NCBI RefSeq assembly: GCF_963853765.1
Contig: NC_088856.1
Location: 6,696,001 to 6,760,000, forward strand
Length of the DNA: 64,000 nt
Direction of reading: 5' to 3'
DNA from: Magallana gigas
Lineage: Eukaryota
In this document: piece by piece, positions 12,773 through 22,246 of the stretch
Layout: every line of letters begins with the position of its first letter
Numbering within the stretch: position 1 is the first letter of the stretch
The notes under the pieces: model-generated
What the model was told of the DNA's origin: nothing
The model's input: the letters and a program-made list of their open reading frames with translations, nothing else
The model's database searches: none
Translations under genes and position numbers: made by a program

Positions 12773-13124
12773 ACGGATTAGGAATTCCCTGATTTTGGAA
12801 AAAAAATTTAGGATAAGTATTTTAAATTTTTTTGGAAGTATAGGTATACTCCCCCCCCCCCCCCCCCCCCCCCCCCCACGGATTAGGATTTCCATGATTT
12901 TTGGAATTACTTTTTTCTCAATATTTCTGAGGATTAGTCTAGCCCCCCCACTTTCAATTTGCTTCCGACGCCTATGCTTTATCAGTACTAGGTGTCGTAA
13001 GAGATTGCGGTAAACAACCCACTGGGTAACGTTTCTCCACTCCGTGTAATCTTTCTGCAATATTTGGATCCTCAAAGTTAAAGTTCATCTTTACCTGCTG
13101 GGAGTTGGACGCTGTGTCATCCAT
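7913..13124 (-). CDS. FAM111-like trypsin-fold serine protease, 5 exons: 13124-12027 (interrupted by MITE 12556-12976 plus one 5-bp TSD), 10622-10517, 9912-9703, 8961-8824, 8571-7913; 594 aa if the MITE is removed
   Basis: GT-AG exons with matching phases (0,1,1,1). Catalytic triad motifs: His in GTGFRVGSKYFMTAFHV (exon 3), Asp in SHDVVILEL and Ser in HGASGSP (exon 5). Exons 2-5 are well supported. Joining exon 1 relies on an in-frame CAT|GTAAGT donor at 12027/12026 and a gccATGG start at 13124. Confidence 0.8.
9170..9505 (+). mobile_element. TRIM (miniature LTR retroelement) with tRNA-like LTRs, Helenus-type
   Basis: LTR1 9170-9295 (TGTTAC...TTACA); PBS TGGTGCCATGACC 9298-9310 (tRNA-His-like); ~90-bp core; PPT AAGGAATGAGGAA 9387-9399; LTR2 9400-~9505. 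Both LTRs carry an A box (GCTCAGTTGG) and a B-box-like GTTCRAAT motif; possible TACA TSD. Confidence 0.8.
10698..11750. mobile_element. Composite non-autonomous repeat(s), Helentron/pearl-like, in protease intron 1; related fragment on the other strand at ~3930-4090
   Basis: AACAAGAGGCCCACGGG...GGTCACCTGAG start motif twice (10698, ~10897); poly-C tracts; classification by recall only. Confidence 0.4.
11117..11284. mobile_element. hAT-like MITE nested in the above
   Basis: CAGGGTTGTCTCTAA / TTAGAGACAACCCTA; flanks CCCCTCCC and CCCCCCCC (7/8). Confidence 0.55.
11788..11945. repeat. 62-bp tandem repeat, ~2.5 copies
   Basis: TGAARCAGGGTTACAAGG recurs at 11788, 11850, 11912. Confidence 0.85.
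12027..13124 (-). pseudogene. Exon-1 ORF resembling the N-terminal domain of CR1/L2-type LINE ORF1 proteins, disrupted by a MITE
   Basis: Removing 12551-12976 gives the continuous frame MDDTASNSQQVKMNFNFEDPNIAERLHGVEKRYP...TDK|AKRCLFEKIDS...RIQPWLKALYLYY...KVTFFIKSGRIQIQG...QAVH. With the MITE present, the frame reads GCA TAG after K49. The ORF1 resemblance is recalled pattern only. Confidence 0.55.
12556..12976. mobile_element. GC-tract MITE with 14-bp TIR and 5-bp TSD, inserted in protease exon 1
   Basis: CATAGGCGTCGGAA ... TTCCGACGCCTATG; CTTTA at 12551-12555 and 12977-12981; removal restores the reading frame. Confidence 0.9.
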
Positions 13125-14186
13125 GGCTCATCCGAAATTAAAAATGAAAGTTGAAGGTATCACACCGGTAATTGGCCAATCAAAATGAACTAAATGAACT
13201 TAGTCAATTGTAGTTCCATATATACCTCAGAATTATTTTTTTCCTTGACTGCATTTTTACATTTTCCTTTACTTTGTAGTTTTAAAATTTTTTGTACCAC
13301 TGAGTAGGATATTTCATGTATTTTGTTAGGTGATGATCTTTTTTCACAGGGACTACTTCTTTAAGGGCACATGCAGCAGCTTCCTGGGGAGTGTGCAGTC
13401 TGTTTACATACAAATGTAAAACACGTGGTTTTGAGGGTAGACCTGTTTGGAGCTAGATATTTTGAGAAAATGCAGTATCGCTTGCCCCTTTTATGGTGTT
13501 AGCTGATGAGATAGGTAACAAATAACATTTCCTCCGAATATTTTGTCATGAAAAATACAAACTGATTTTTAAGAATTTTTTCCCCTCTATAGTGCTATAT
13601 AGTGAAAACAATTACCGGTGTGATACCTGAAATTTGCGCTATTGTCTGGTTCCCGCTCCCGCCACTGCGTTTTGAATGCGGGACGGTTCGCCCCGAAAGA
13701 CCTTTCGCCCCGAAATGTTTCGCGCCTATTGATTATGTGGTAATTATGCAGTAAACTAATTAACACCATTCACTTCTAGCTGGACGTGGAGTTATAAAAA
13801 AGGGAAAGCTGATTAGACATTTAATTATGATTGCTTAATAAACATAATTATATCTGCACGCGGATAATGATTTGGTTCATTACATAAAATATAAAAATAT
13901 ATATACTGTACATGCAACTATTGTAAACATACAATGATGTTCTTATATATTCTTTGGGCCTTTGCCAATTATTGTAATTGTGTCTGTGCCAATAAAATAT
14001 TTGTATTTGTATAAATTCAGATTTGTTTAAAGACAATTTAAGAAAGAAGGATTTTTAATGCAGTCAATTTTAATATTTTGTATAAATATTTTTCTTAAAA
14101 CATCGCATTATATATATCGTTCTAGAAAATTTATATGATTATTGCGAGGTATTTCATATGAATATTTACTCATTATATTTACTTAA

Positions 14187-14699
14187 AGGGACTTGGACAC
14201 GATTTGACCTAAAATTTTCAAATTTCATTTTTTCATTTTCAATGAATATACTGATAAATAAAGAAGTTTATAATGCTATGTCAAAATTTGAAAGTCAAAT
14301 ATCAAGTTATAAGCAAGATACAGAGTTCATAACTCTTTGTTTTGTAAACAAAGCTTGAATATTGTCATTTTTACATATGTGTTGTATTGGTGTGAGTTTC
14401 AATCAAATGCATCTTTCTTTTGTTGATAATAGTATTTATAAAGATATTGAATTAGTTTAATTTGTTTTTTACATGCCACTTTGTTAAAGAAATGGTAATT
14501 CTCTACATTACATTTTTTGTAAACAACTATAAGACTCGAGCTTTGTTTACATAACAATCAATTCTTACCTCTGTATCTCGCTTGTAACTTGACTTTAACA
14601 TTCCACATTTTGGTCAATCATTTAAAATGCACCAGTTAACCATTTTACACATAAAAAATAAAAATAAATTTTTTGATCTCAAATCGTGTCCAAGTCCCT
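14187..14699. mobile_element. MITE with TTAA TSD and AGG termini (Kolobok-type)
   Basis: TTAA|AGGGACTTGGACACGATTTGA ... TCAAATCGTGTCCAAGTCCCT|TTAA. Confidence 0.85.
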
Positions 14700-15266
14700 T
14701 TAAATTAAAACATTGTGTATAAATGAAAAAAAAGTTTTCCAATGATTTATATAAAAAAAACCTGGATAAAACGACACAAAAAGTAAGCAAAATTAACAAT
14801 ATATTTTTTTAATTTTCATTGTTTTTAAGTTGCATATTATATATGATATATTTACATTCTACTGTGTTTTTCCATTAAATTCCGTGATGGTTAATGCCTC
14901 TAAATGCAACACATATTCACTGCGTATGAATTTACGAGTAATTTACATAAGTAGTTCTCAAACAGTGATTTCTATGTTATCGGTTAAAAAATGTATTTCA
15001 TGAATGTTGTCAAAACACCATGTTTTATAATTATTCGACAAAAAAGTTGACTTTATTGTAAAAAGCAACATTTCAAGAGTTATTTATCTTGGATTATATT
15101 TTCATGCTCGTCGATCTCATCTCAACAGTCTATGTGAAAACCAGTTTAAACCGGTTTTACAAAACAGCTGTTCTTGCTGTTACTTATTCACTCCCTCCGT
15201 GATCTGCACTTAATATCGATTTATTTAAGTAAACAATTGATTTCTTCAGTAAGGGAATGTAAATAT

Positions 15267-15425
15267 AAGCATTAAATGATTTATTTTTGACGTCGTCGTG
15301 TCAATAACTGCCGTCAGGTGAACAGACAAATTATCATAACGCGCTAACGCGCGTTATTCAAATTGCCTGCTCACCTGACGGCAGTTATTGACACGACGAC
15401 GTCAAAAATAAATCATTTAATGCTA
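15267..15425. mobile_element. Fold-back element, TAACGCGCTAACGCGCGTTA-apex family, copy 1
   Basis: Near-perfect arms GACGTCGTCGTGTCAATAACTGCCGTCAGGTGA / TCACCTGACGGCAGTTATTGACACGACGACGTC. Confidence 0.85.
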
Positions 15426-16661
15426 TAGTTATAAATTTTATATGATGAATTACGATGTATTTCATCATGTCGCATAAACAGCTGATAAATGTATATGTAA
15501 CCGCTAGTTCTCATACATGTAATTAACACCCGTCTCATAATTAATTTCTCCTCTTTAGCTTGTCATGGAGCGCCTCCAATTTAATTTTCACACCTTTATT
15601 AGGAGACCGATTCAGAACTTAATAACGATTGCTAAATAAACATAATTATATATCTTCACAAGGATTGTCGTTTTATACAATATTAAAGTTATCAGTGAAT
15701 GTGCCACAACTATAAACATGATCATATGTTTTCAATAAAGTCAATAATGACACGCATATATATTTATTTATAAATATTTATCTAAATATTATTATTTTTA
15801 AAACATCGCTATATATGTTATAATAATATATAATAAATGATATAGGCTAGGTGCGAAACGTCTCAGCGCGAAAGGTCTTTAGGAGCGAAACGTCTCAGCG
15901 CGAAACGTCTATAGGAGCGAAACGTCCCGTTACCCTGCGTTTTCACTTCGTTTTTGTGAAAACGCAGTGGCGGGGGCGGAAACCAGACTAATTGCTCTAC
16001 CCGGTCTCAGGGCAAGTCGCCTCCAAGACAAGTCGTCCAAATGACATTCGTTAAAAAAAAAGAGAAAGGGTCCATGACCCATCAAATGCAACGAAGACCT
16101 AAACGTTTAATTAAACCATGAATTAATAGAAATTCACAGTAAGTCATCTGACCCTCTCATTGAAAAGTCTGAAAAGTGGCTGAAGTGTCGATGGGCTGAA
16201 ACGTGTGGATACACGAACAACATATCGAGGCAATGCTGGCTAATTTTTCAGCATGTTAAGTTATATTAAAAACCGTAAGGTAAGAAAATTGTGTATTTTT
16301 TAGCTTGGTAAAAATTCTCTATATAAGATATGTACCTTATCAATCAGTTTCGTCATTTTGTTGTCAATCAATGCAATGGTACATTTAATTATAACTATGT
16401 TACATGAATTTTTTCATGAGCCTCGAGTGATGAGAAGAGGGCCCCTCCTGGGGTCTATCGTCCCTGACGAATAAAAAGTAGTTATTTTACTACAGAGTGT
16501 TAATTACGAACAGCAACTTTCACATTAGTTGTGCATTACCCCTTAACACTTGCATCTCTGTAGGTTAACAAGTGAAGGCATTTCAAAGTTATTAAAATAT
16601 TACATAAAACATTCAAACACAGCTATTCAATTTACTATAAGCATGAATTAGAGGGTATAAG

Positions 16662-17786
16662 TGTAACCCGGGGTATTTGGGTTGATCTTAAGTCCGTTGT
16701 GGATAGAAAGTTGAGATGAATTCAATTTACTTCTTTATTTGATGTAATCAATTACAAAATAGGTATAAATAAACCCTGCAATAAAATAAATGCGAGTTAG
16801 GAAAGATAACTCTTACAAGCATGTAGTTTTGACAAAATATGAAAATATTCCTCTTTACAAACTAGACTCAAAAATATTTGTGTCTATATTTAAATTATCT
16901 GCTTATTAAATAAATAAACAATAATAATCACATCTGTATAAATAGAACTGTACGTAATCATGTCAAACTTATTTCACATGAGTTTATAATTAAATTGTAG
17001 AAATATTAATCAGTTTCATAATACTACTAATACTATGATATATATTCATATATAACTATACATGAACTAAGCTTTAACCATGTTTAAACAATGCTTACCT
17101 CACATGAGGTGTAAAGGTTGATTAGGAACAATATTCAGGATGTATAAATAATACTGTAGTTGATAATCTAAATTTAAGAAAAGAAAATACACTTACAATG
17201 CTTTGTACTCACTGATCAGACTGAATTTTACTATTAAACAAACTTTCTGATATTTAGTCATTTCATTTCTAAGCCAATTATATACTATCTTAGATATCTT
17301 TATAAATAATCTCACAATAAAACTGTATTTAAATATAAGGTAGTATAAAAAAAAATTGTAAATTAACTGACCTGATAAAGAATGTAAATTTCAAGTATAC
17401 ACAAGTAGACTTCCAAATAGGAACTGGTTTAACAAAGAAATTTCCCACTAAAATTGTCACATGACCAATAAAGTAACAGCTGACCAATTTTATCCAATAG
17501 AAATACAGGAATACAGGAAAAAGGGTATTCCTTCTAAATATAGATTTTGCATTGCCAGAGTTAAAAATAACAAATGATAGGACTCTTACATTAAGGTTAG
17601 ATAACTGTATTAAATATTTTTGTTAAATATTGCATTGACTAAATAATAATAATATAATATAATACAATGCACCAATATTCAAATATTTTCATGTTAGAAA
17701 AAGATTTGAACATAATCACCAAAATTATGCAATAATACATATAATATAATAAACATATTTAATTCATGAAATTTTGCTCTACCACA
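16662..17786 (-). repeat. 3' LTR of Gypsy element
   Basis: Direct repeat of 23922-25046; preceded on the - strand by PPT CAGGGGGGAGAA (17787-17798). Confidence 0.95.
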
Positions 17787-17830
17787 TTCTCCCCCCTGTT
17801 TGAAATATGTCGTCCCGACATTCACAGAAT

Positions 17831-19798
17831 TCACTTCACTGAATTAGACGTCAAAATATCAAGAATCGCTTTTCCTGCCTCTGGTCGTAAATGTTCTAAT
17901 AACGGAGAACTAGCTGCTAATGATGTCAGGCAATGGATTCGTTCCTTCCAGTCTGGTGTTGCTGTTCTCATCGACTTCGAAATCTGAAAATCGTCAGTCC
18001 TATAACGAAGAGGTAATCGTCTCTCCCGTGTGGATCTGCGAAGTGGAACCATTGGTTGCGTTTCCTCGTCTTCGGATTCAGTATGAGATGCATCTTGGTT
18101 ATCAAGTGTTTCTTCCTGATTCGTCTCACTCTGTGTAGCGCTACTGTCTGTACTGTCCCTCACAGAGATATCTTCTTCAACACTCACTGTGTCCCTCGAA
18201 GAGTGGGCGTCCCCTTGTGTCTCTGCTGGATCTTGGTCTGCTTCAGTCTGAACTTGAGATTCACCAATAATATTTGAATTATTGTCACTTTGTTCTTCTT
18301 GACTGATCACAGCGTACCTCCATTCTGACTCATCTTCTGAAGAATGTTCAAGAAAATCATCAGTTTTGGAAGGTTCTGTAGGATTAATTGTAGGCTCCTT
18401 TTTCAGTATTTTCGATTTTCTCTTGACAGGAATAGGTTTTTGGAGTTGTGGGGTAGGTGTGTCCTTTAGTATTCCTATGGGTAATAGAAGGTTGCGGTGT
18501 AATGTTCTTCTACGACCTTCTCCGTTTTCCTTCTTGACCACAAAAACAGGTATATTCTCATTAGGTTGTCCAATAACTATATAAGGATCTGGTTCCCACC
18601 TATCTGCCAGTTTATGCTTTCCTTCAAATGCAACGATCTTCACTAAAACTCTGTCTCCAATTTTCACTGTACCTCCTCTGATTTTGGAATTGTAACACTC
18701 TTTCTGCTTGTTTCTGGCTTTCTCTGCTGTAGCTGTTGCTAGTTTATGGGCTTGGATTATTCGTTCTCGTAGATCCTTGATGTATTGAGTAGATGGTTCT
18801 TTTTCGTTCACTCGAAGACCAAATGCTGCATCGACTGGTAATCTTGGGTTATTTCCGAACATCAGAAGATATGGAGTTTGTCCTGTGCTTTCATGTCGAG
18901 TGCAGTTATAAGCATGTACAAATGGTTTGACGTATGCTTTCCAATTGGTCTTCTTGCTGGAATCTAGTGAACCTAACATATTTAACAGTGTGCGATTAAA
19001 GCGTTCACACATTCCATTTCCCATGGCGTGGTAGCTGGTAGTTCTAGATTTTTCCATACCCATGATTTTACAAAGTTCTTGAATCACTCTGCTTTCAAAG
19101 TTGGCTCCTTGGTCCGAGTGTATTCTTTCTGGGATGCCATAATGTACAATGAAGTTGTTATAGAACATCTCTGCTGTCGTCTTAGCTAACTGGTTTCTTG
19201 TTGGAATGGCCATGGCGAATCTGGTGAAATGATCAGTAATTACCAGTATATGTTTATAGCCTCCTTTACATGGTTCTAAGGTCAGAAAATCCATGCAAAC
19301 CAATTCTAATGGAGAGGTGGTTGTGATGTTCACTAAAGGTGCTCGTTGATTGGTAGGAGTCTTTCTTCTTGTGCATCGTCCACATTCTTCAATCCAGGTC
19401 TCTATGTCTTTGTGCATTCCTGGCCAGTAAAATCTGTCACGTATCAAAGATAAAGTTCTATCCTTGCCAGGGTGGCCCATGTCGTCATGTAATGCTTCAA
19501 GTACTGTTGACGCATGTTCGATAGGTAGCACAAGTTGATGTCTGGTTTCTTCATCTATATGTGTAGCACGATGAAGTACTCCGTCTATCAGTTTCAGGTG
19601 GTTGAACTGTCTGAGTAGAGGATTTGATCCTATTTCATTCTTGGGCGGTTTCTGTTCATTTCTCACATACTCTATGACATGGTGGATGTCTGGATCTAAG
19701 GATTGTGCTTTTTCCCAGTCTATGATGTTTCCAGTGCTCATTCCTCTCGGGTCTATATCATTAAGTATAACATCGGATGAAAGAGTCAATGATTCTAC
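17831..19798 (-). CDS. pol: Gypsy Pol part 2: integrase, in frame with part 1 behind a single TAA
   Basis: HHCC (LHDDMGH...CGRC); DDE (CMDF, HSDQG, MCERFN); GPY/F-like WEPDPYIV; acidic tail; no chromodomain seen. Confidence 0.9.
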   Translation of the reverse strand, partial: VESLTLSSDVILNDIDPRGMSTGNIIDWEKAQSLDPDIHHVIEYVRNEQKPPKNEIGSNPLLRQFNHLKLIDGVLHRATHIDEETRHQLVLPIEHASTVLEALHDDMGHPGKDRTLSLIRDRFYWPGMHKDIETWIEECGRCTRRKTPTNQRAPLVNITTTSPLELVCMDFLTLEPCKGGYKHILVITDHFTRFAMAIPTRNQLAKTTAEMFYNNFIVHYGIPERIHSDQGANFESRVIQELCKIMGMEKSRTTSYHAMGNGMCERFNRTLLNMLGSLDSSKKTNWKAYVKPFVHAYNCTRHESTGQTPYLLMFGNNPRLPVDAAFGLRVNEKEPSTQYIKDLRERIIQAHKLATATAEKARNKQKECYNSKIRGGTVKIGDRVLVKIVAFEGKHKLADRWEPDPYIVIGQPNENIPVFVVKKENGEGRRRTLHRNLLLPIGILKDTPTPQLQKPIPVKRKSKILKKEPTINPTEPSKTDDFLEHSSEDESEWRYAVISQEEQSDNNSNIIGESQVQTEADQDPAETQGDAHSSRDTVSVEEDISVRDSTDSSATQSETNQEETLDNQDASHTESEDEETQPMVPLRRSTRERRLPLRYRTDDFQISKSMRTATPDWKERIHCLTSLAASSPLLEHLRPEAGKAILDILTSNSVK

Positions 19799-22246
19799 TT
19801 ACGATGAAGTAGCAGAATTGCAGATAGCTTGGACTGTCTCGATACTCATCGGAAAACGACTAAGAGCATCTGCGTCAGCATTACTTCTTCCTGGTCTGTA
19901 CTTGATATCAAAATTAAATGCTGCCAGTGCTGCTAACCATCGATGACCCGTCGCATCAAGTTTCGCTGTTGTTAACACATAGGTAACTGGGTTATTGTCT
20001 GTAAAAACGGTAAATTGCTGTCCATAAAGATAATCTTTAAATTTATCACAGATGGCCCATTTAAGTGCTAAAAATTCTCTTTTATGTGGTGGATAATTCT
20101 TTTCTGCTTTGTTTAATCCTCTGCTGGCATAGCTGATTACACGTTTATGTCCGTTTTGTTGTTGATAAAGTACAGCTCCTAGTGCATCACCTGAAGCGTC
20201 CGTATGAAGTTCATAGGGAAGTGAACTGTTGGCGTAACCTAGAATAGGTGATGACGTCAGATGTTTCTTGAGCGTCTCAAAAGCTTGGTCTTGTGCTTCT
20301 CCCCATTTCCACTCTTTGGTCTTTGTCTTCCTCTTTGTCTTTTTCATTGGCGTTGGCATGAGATCTGTCAATGGTCTGCTAATTCGACTGAAGTTTTCAA
20401 TGAATCGCCTATAGTAGCCGACAAATCCGAGAAATTTTCGAACTTCCTCAGGAGTTTTCGGTTTCGGCCAGTTAATAACTCTTTCTGTTTTATCTGGATC
20501 CATTTCCACACCTTCTTCAGACACGACATGTCCAATGAACTTCACTTTTCTCTTAAAGAATTCACATTTTCCTGGAGATATTTTAAGATGAGCTTCTCTG
20601 ATGCGGTTGAATACTAATTTGATGTTTTGAAGATGTTCCTCGAATGTTTTGCCAAAAATTATAATGTCATCTATGAAAACACAGCATATGTTTAAGTTGT
20701 AATCTGTTAGTAGATTTTCCATAAGTCTTTGGTAGGTTGCTGGAGAATTGGTCAAACCGAAAGGCATACGATTATATTCAAAGAATCCAAGTGGTCCAAC
20801 GGAAAATGCGGTGCGTTCTTTGTGATCTTCATATATTTCTACCTGATGATATCCAGACTTCATGTCGATGTGCGAAAAGAATTTGTTACCAGATAAACAG
20901 TCAAGTAATTCCTCAATCCTTGGAAGAGCATAGCTGTCTTTTCTTGTCATTTTGTTTAGTTGACGGTAATCGACACACATCCTAAGAGTACCGTTTTTCT
21001 TTCTTACTAACACTACATTAGACGCATATGGTGAATGTGATGGTCTGATGATACCAGTGTCTAATAATTGTCGTAGGTGTGATCTCACTTCGTCGTACAT
21101 GGATGACGGAATCCTTCGGTATCTTTGTTTGAAAGGAGTGTCGTCTGTAAGGTCTATCCTGTGTTTTACCATGTCTGTATGGCCGACATCATTATCTCCC
21201 TTGCTAAATATATCTGAATAAGTCAATAGGAGATCTTTTCCGCTTTGTAACTGTTCTGTGGTTAAATCACTTTCTGTTATATCGACTTCATCTAAGAATT
21301 CTGTTGTCTCAGATTTCCACGGTTGTAGATTCTCGACAATAACAGGCTGTACTTCACATATGATTTGTTTAGGCGGTACCGTTATAGTTCTTGTAGTAAC
21401 GTTAGACAATTTTACAGAAATTATTCCGTTCTGCTTATAACTATACAGTCTCAGAGTGTTCGTGATATCAATATCTTTGAAGTCCGGTGTTAAAGTAGAG
21501 GACTGTAAAACTGATGAAGTTTTATGATACGGAATTTCTTCGTCATAATATCCGTTTACATCAACAACACTGTTTGGCGGGAGTGTAATTCTATTCACTG
21601 TTCTTACAACTGCAAGTCTATAGTTCTTTTTTCTGAGTAGGTTTTCACGTATTTTCAAACATCTGAAGCTGAAGTACCATGGTGTAGTCAGAGATAAATT
21701 CTGTAAATATTGAACTCCATGTTCTTCTTTGAGTAGTTGCATCATGGATTCCAAAACGTTAGTTCCAATTAAAGCAGGTATTTGTTGACTGTATTTACTG
21801 TCAGGTACCACTAACATTACATGTTCTGATGTATGAGAAATGTTTTTAGGTATTTTCAAGTTAACTTCTATGTAACCTTTGTAAGGTAATTGAGTTCCTC
21901 CTGCACATTCAATCTGTAGAATGTTGTCTAAAGTTTTCATGTCAACACTTTGAGATAGTTCTTTGTTATAAAAGGATTCACTTATAGTTGATACAGTGGA
22001 CCCTGTATCTATGAGAGCTGATATCTTTTTTCCGTTGATAATAATTTCCGTTTCTGTAGGAGGTCCAAATATCCCTGGTGGTATTGGTGTTTTCACATAA
22101 TTGTTTGTAGTAATGGGACCACGAGATATCCTGTTATTCCAGCCTAATACCGGCCCCTCTGTATAGGCTTCCTGGAGTTTAAATTGCGACGTGAATGGTC
22201 TAGTCTCACACGACATCCTATGGCTATGTGTCCAGCTTGTCCACAT
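19799..22246 (-). CDS. pol: Gypsy Pol part 1: aspartic protease, RT, RNase H (-1 frame relative to gag)
   Basis: ALIDTGS protease; RMCVDYRQLN, YNRMPFGL, VFIDDIII RT motifs; LHTDASG, FTVFTDNNP RNase H; ends in TAA at 19801-19799. Confidence 0.93.
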   Translation of the reverse strand: MWTSWTHSHRMSCETRPFTSQFKLQEAYTEGPVLGWNNRISRGPITTNNYVKTPIPPGIFGPPTETEIIINGKKISALIDTGSTVSTISESFYNKELSQSVDMKTLDNILQIECAGGTQLPYKGYIEVNLKIPKNISHTSEHVMLVVPDSKYSQQIPALIGTNVLESMMQLLKEEHGVQYLQNLSLTTPWYFSFRCLKIRENLLRKKNYRLAVVRTVNRITLPPNSVVDVNGYYDEEIPYHKTSSVLQSSTLTPDFKDIDITNTLRLYSYKQNGIISVKLSNVTTRTITVPPKQIICEVQPVIVENLQPWKSETTEFLDEVDITESDLTTEQLQSGKDLLLTYSDIFSKGDNDVGHTDMVKHRIDLTDDTPFKQRYRRIPSSMYDEVRSHLRQLLDTGIIRPSHSPYASNVVLVRKKNGTLRMCVDYRQLNKMTRKDSYALPRIEELLDCLSGNKFFSHIDMKSGYHQVEIYEDHKERTAFSVGPLGFFEYNRMPFGLTNSPATYQRLMENLLTDYNLNICCVFIDDIIIFGKTFEEHLQNIKLVFNRIREAHLKISPGKCEFFKRKVKFIGHVVSEEGVEMDPDKTERVINWPKPKTPEEVRKFLGFVGYYRRFIENFSRISRPLTDLMPTPMKKTKRKTKTKEWKWGEAQDQAFETLKKHLTSSPILGYANSSLPYELHTDASGDALGAVLYQQQNGHKRVISYASRGLNKAEKNYPPHKREFLALKWAICDKFKDYLYGQQFTVFTDNNPVTYVLTTAKLDATGHRWLAALAAFNFDIKYRPGRSNADADALSRFPMSIETVQAICNSATSS
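22111..22183 (-). promoter_or_regulatory. Predicted -1 ribosomal frameshift signal (U UUA AAC slippery site plus stem-loop/pseudoknot)
   Basis: T TTA AAC in the gag frame at 22183-22177, 7-nt spacer, stem AGCCTATAC/GTAT(T)AGGCT, loop GGGGCC able to pair with GGUCCC 20 nt downstream. Confidence 0.7.

Larger units (their letters stand above)
13644..15988. mobile_element. 2.3-kb composite non-autonomous element with ~100-bp imperfect TIRs
   Basis: 13644-13673 versus the reverse complement of 15959-15988 match at 28/30; GCGAAACGTC-type subterminal repeats; internal diverged direct repeat starting at 13829 and 15627. Confidence 0.65.

Noticed and set aside
12629-13075. 148-aa poly-Gly ORF and 72-aa poly-Pro antisense ORF
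   Set aside because: They arise from homopolymer tracts of the MITE; only the flanks in another frame are meaningful.
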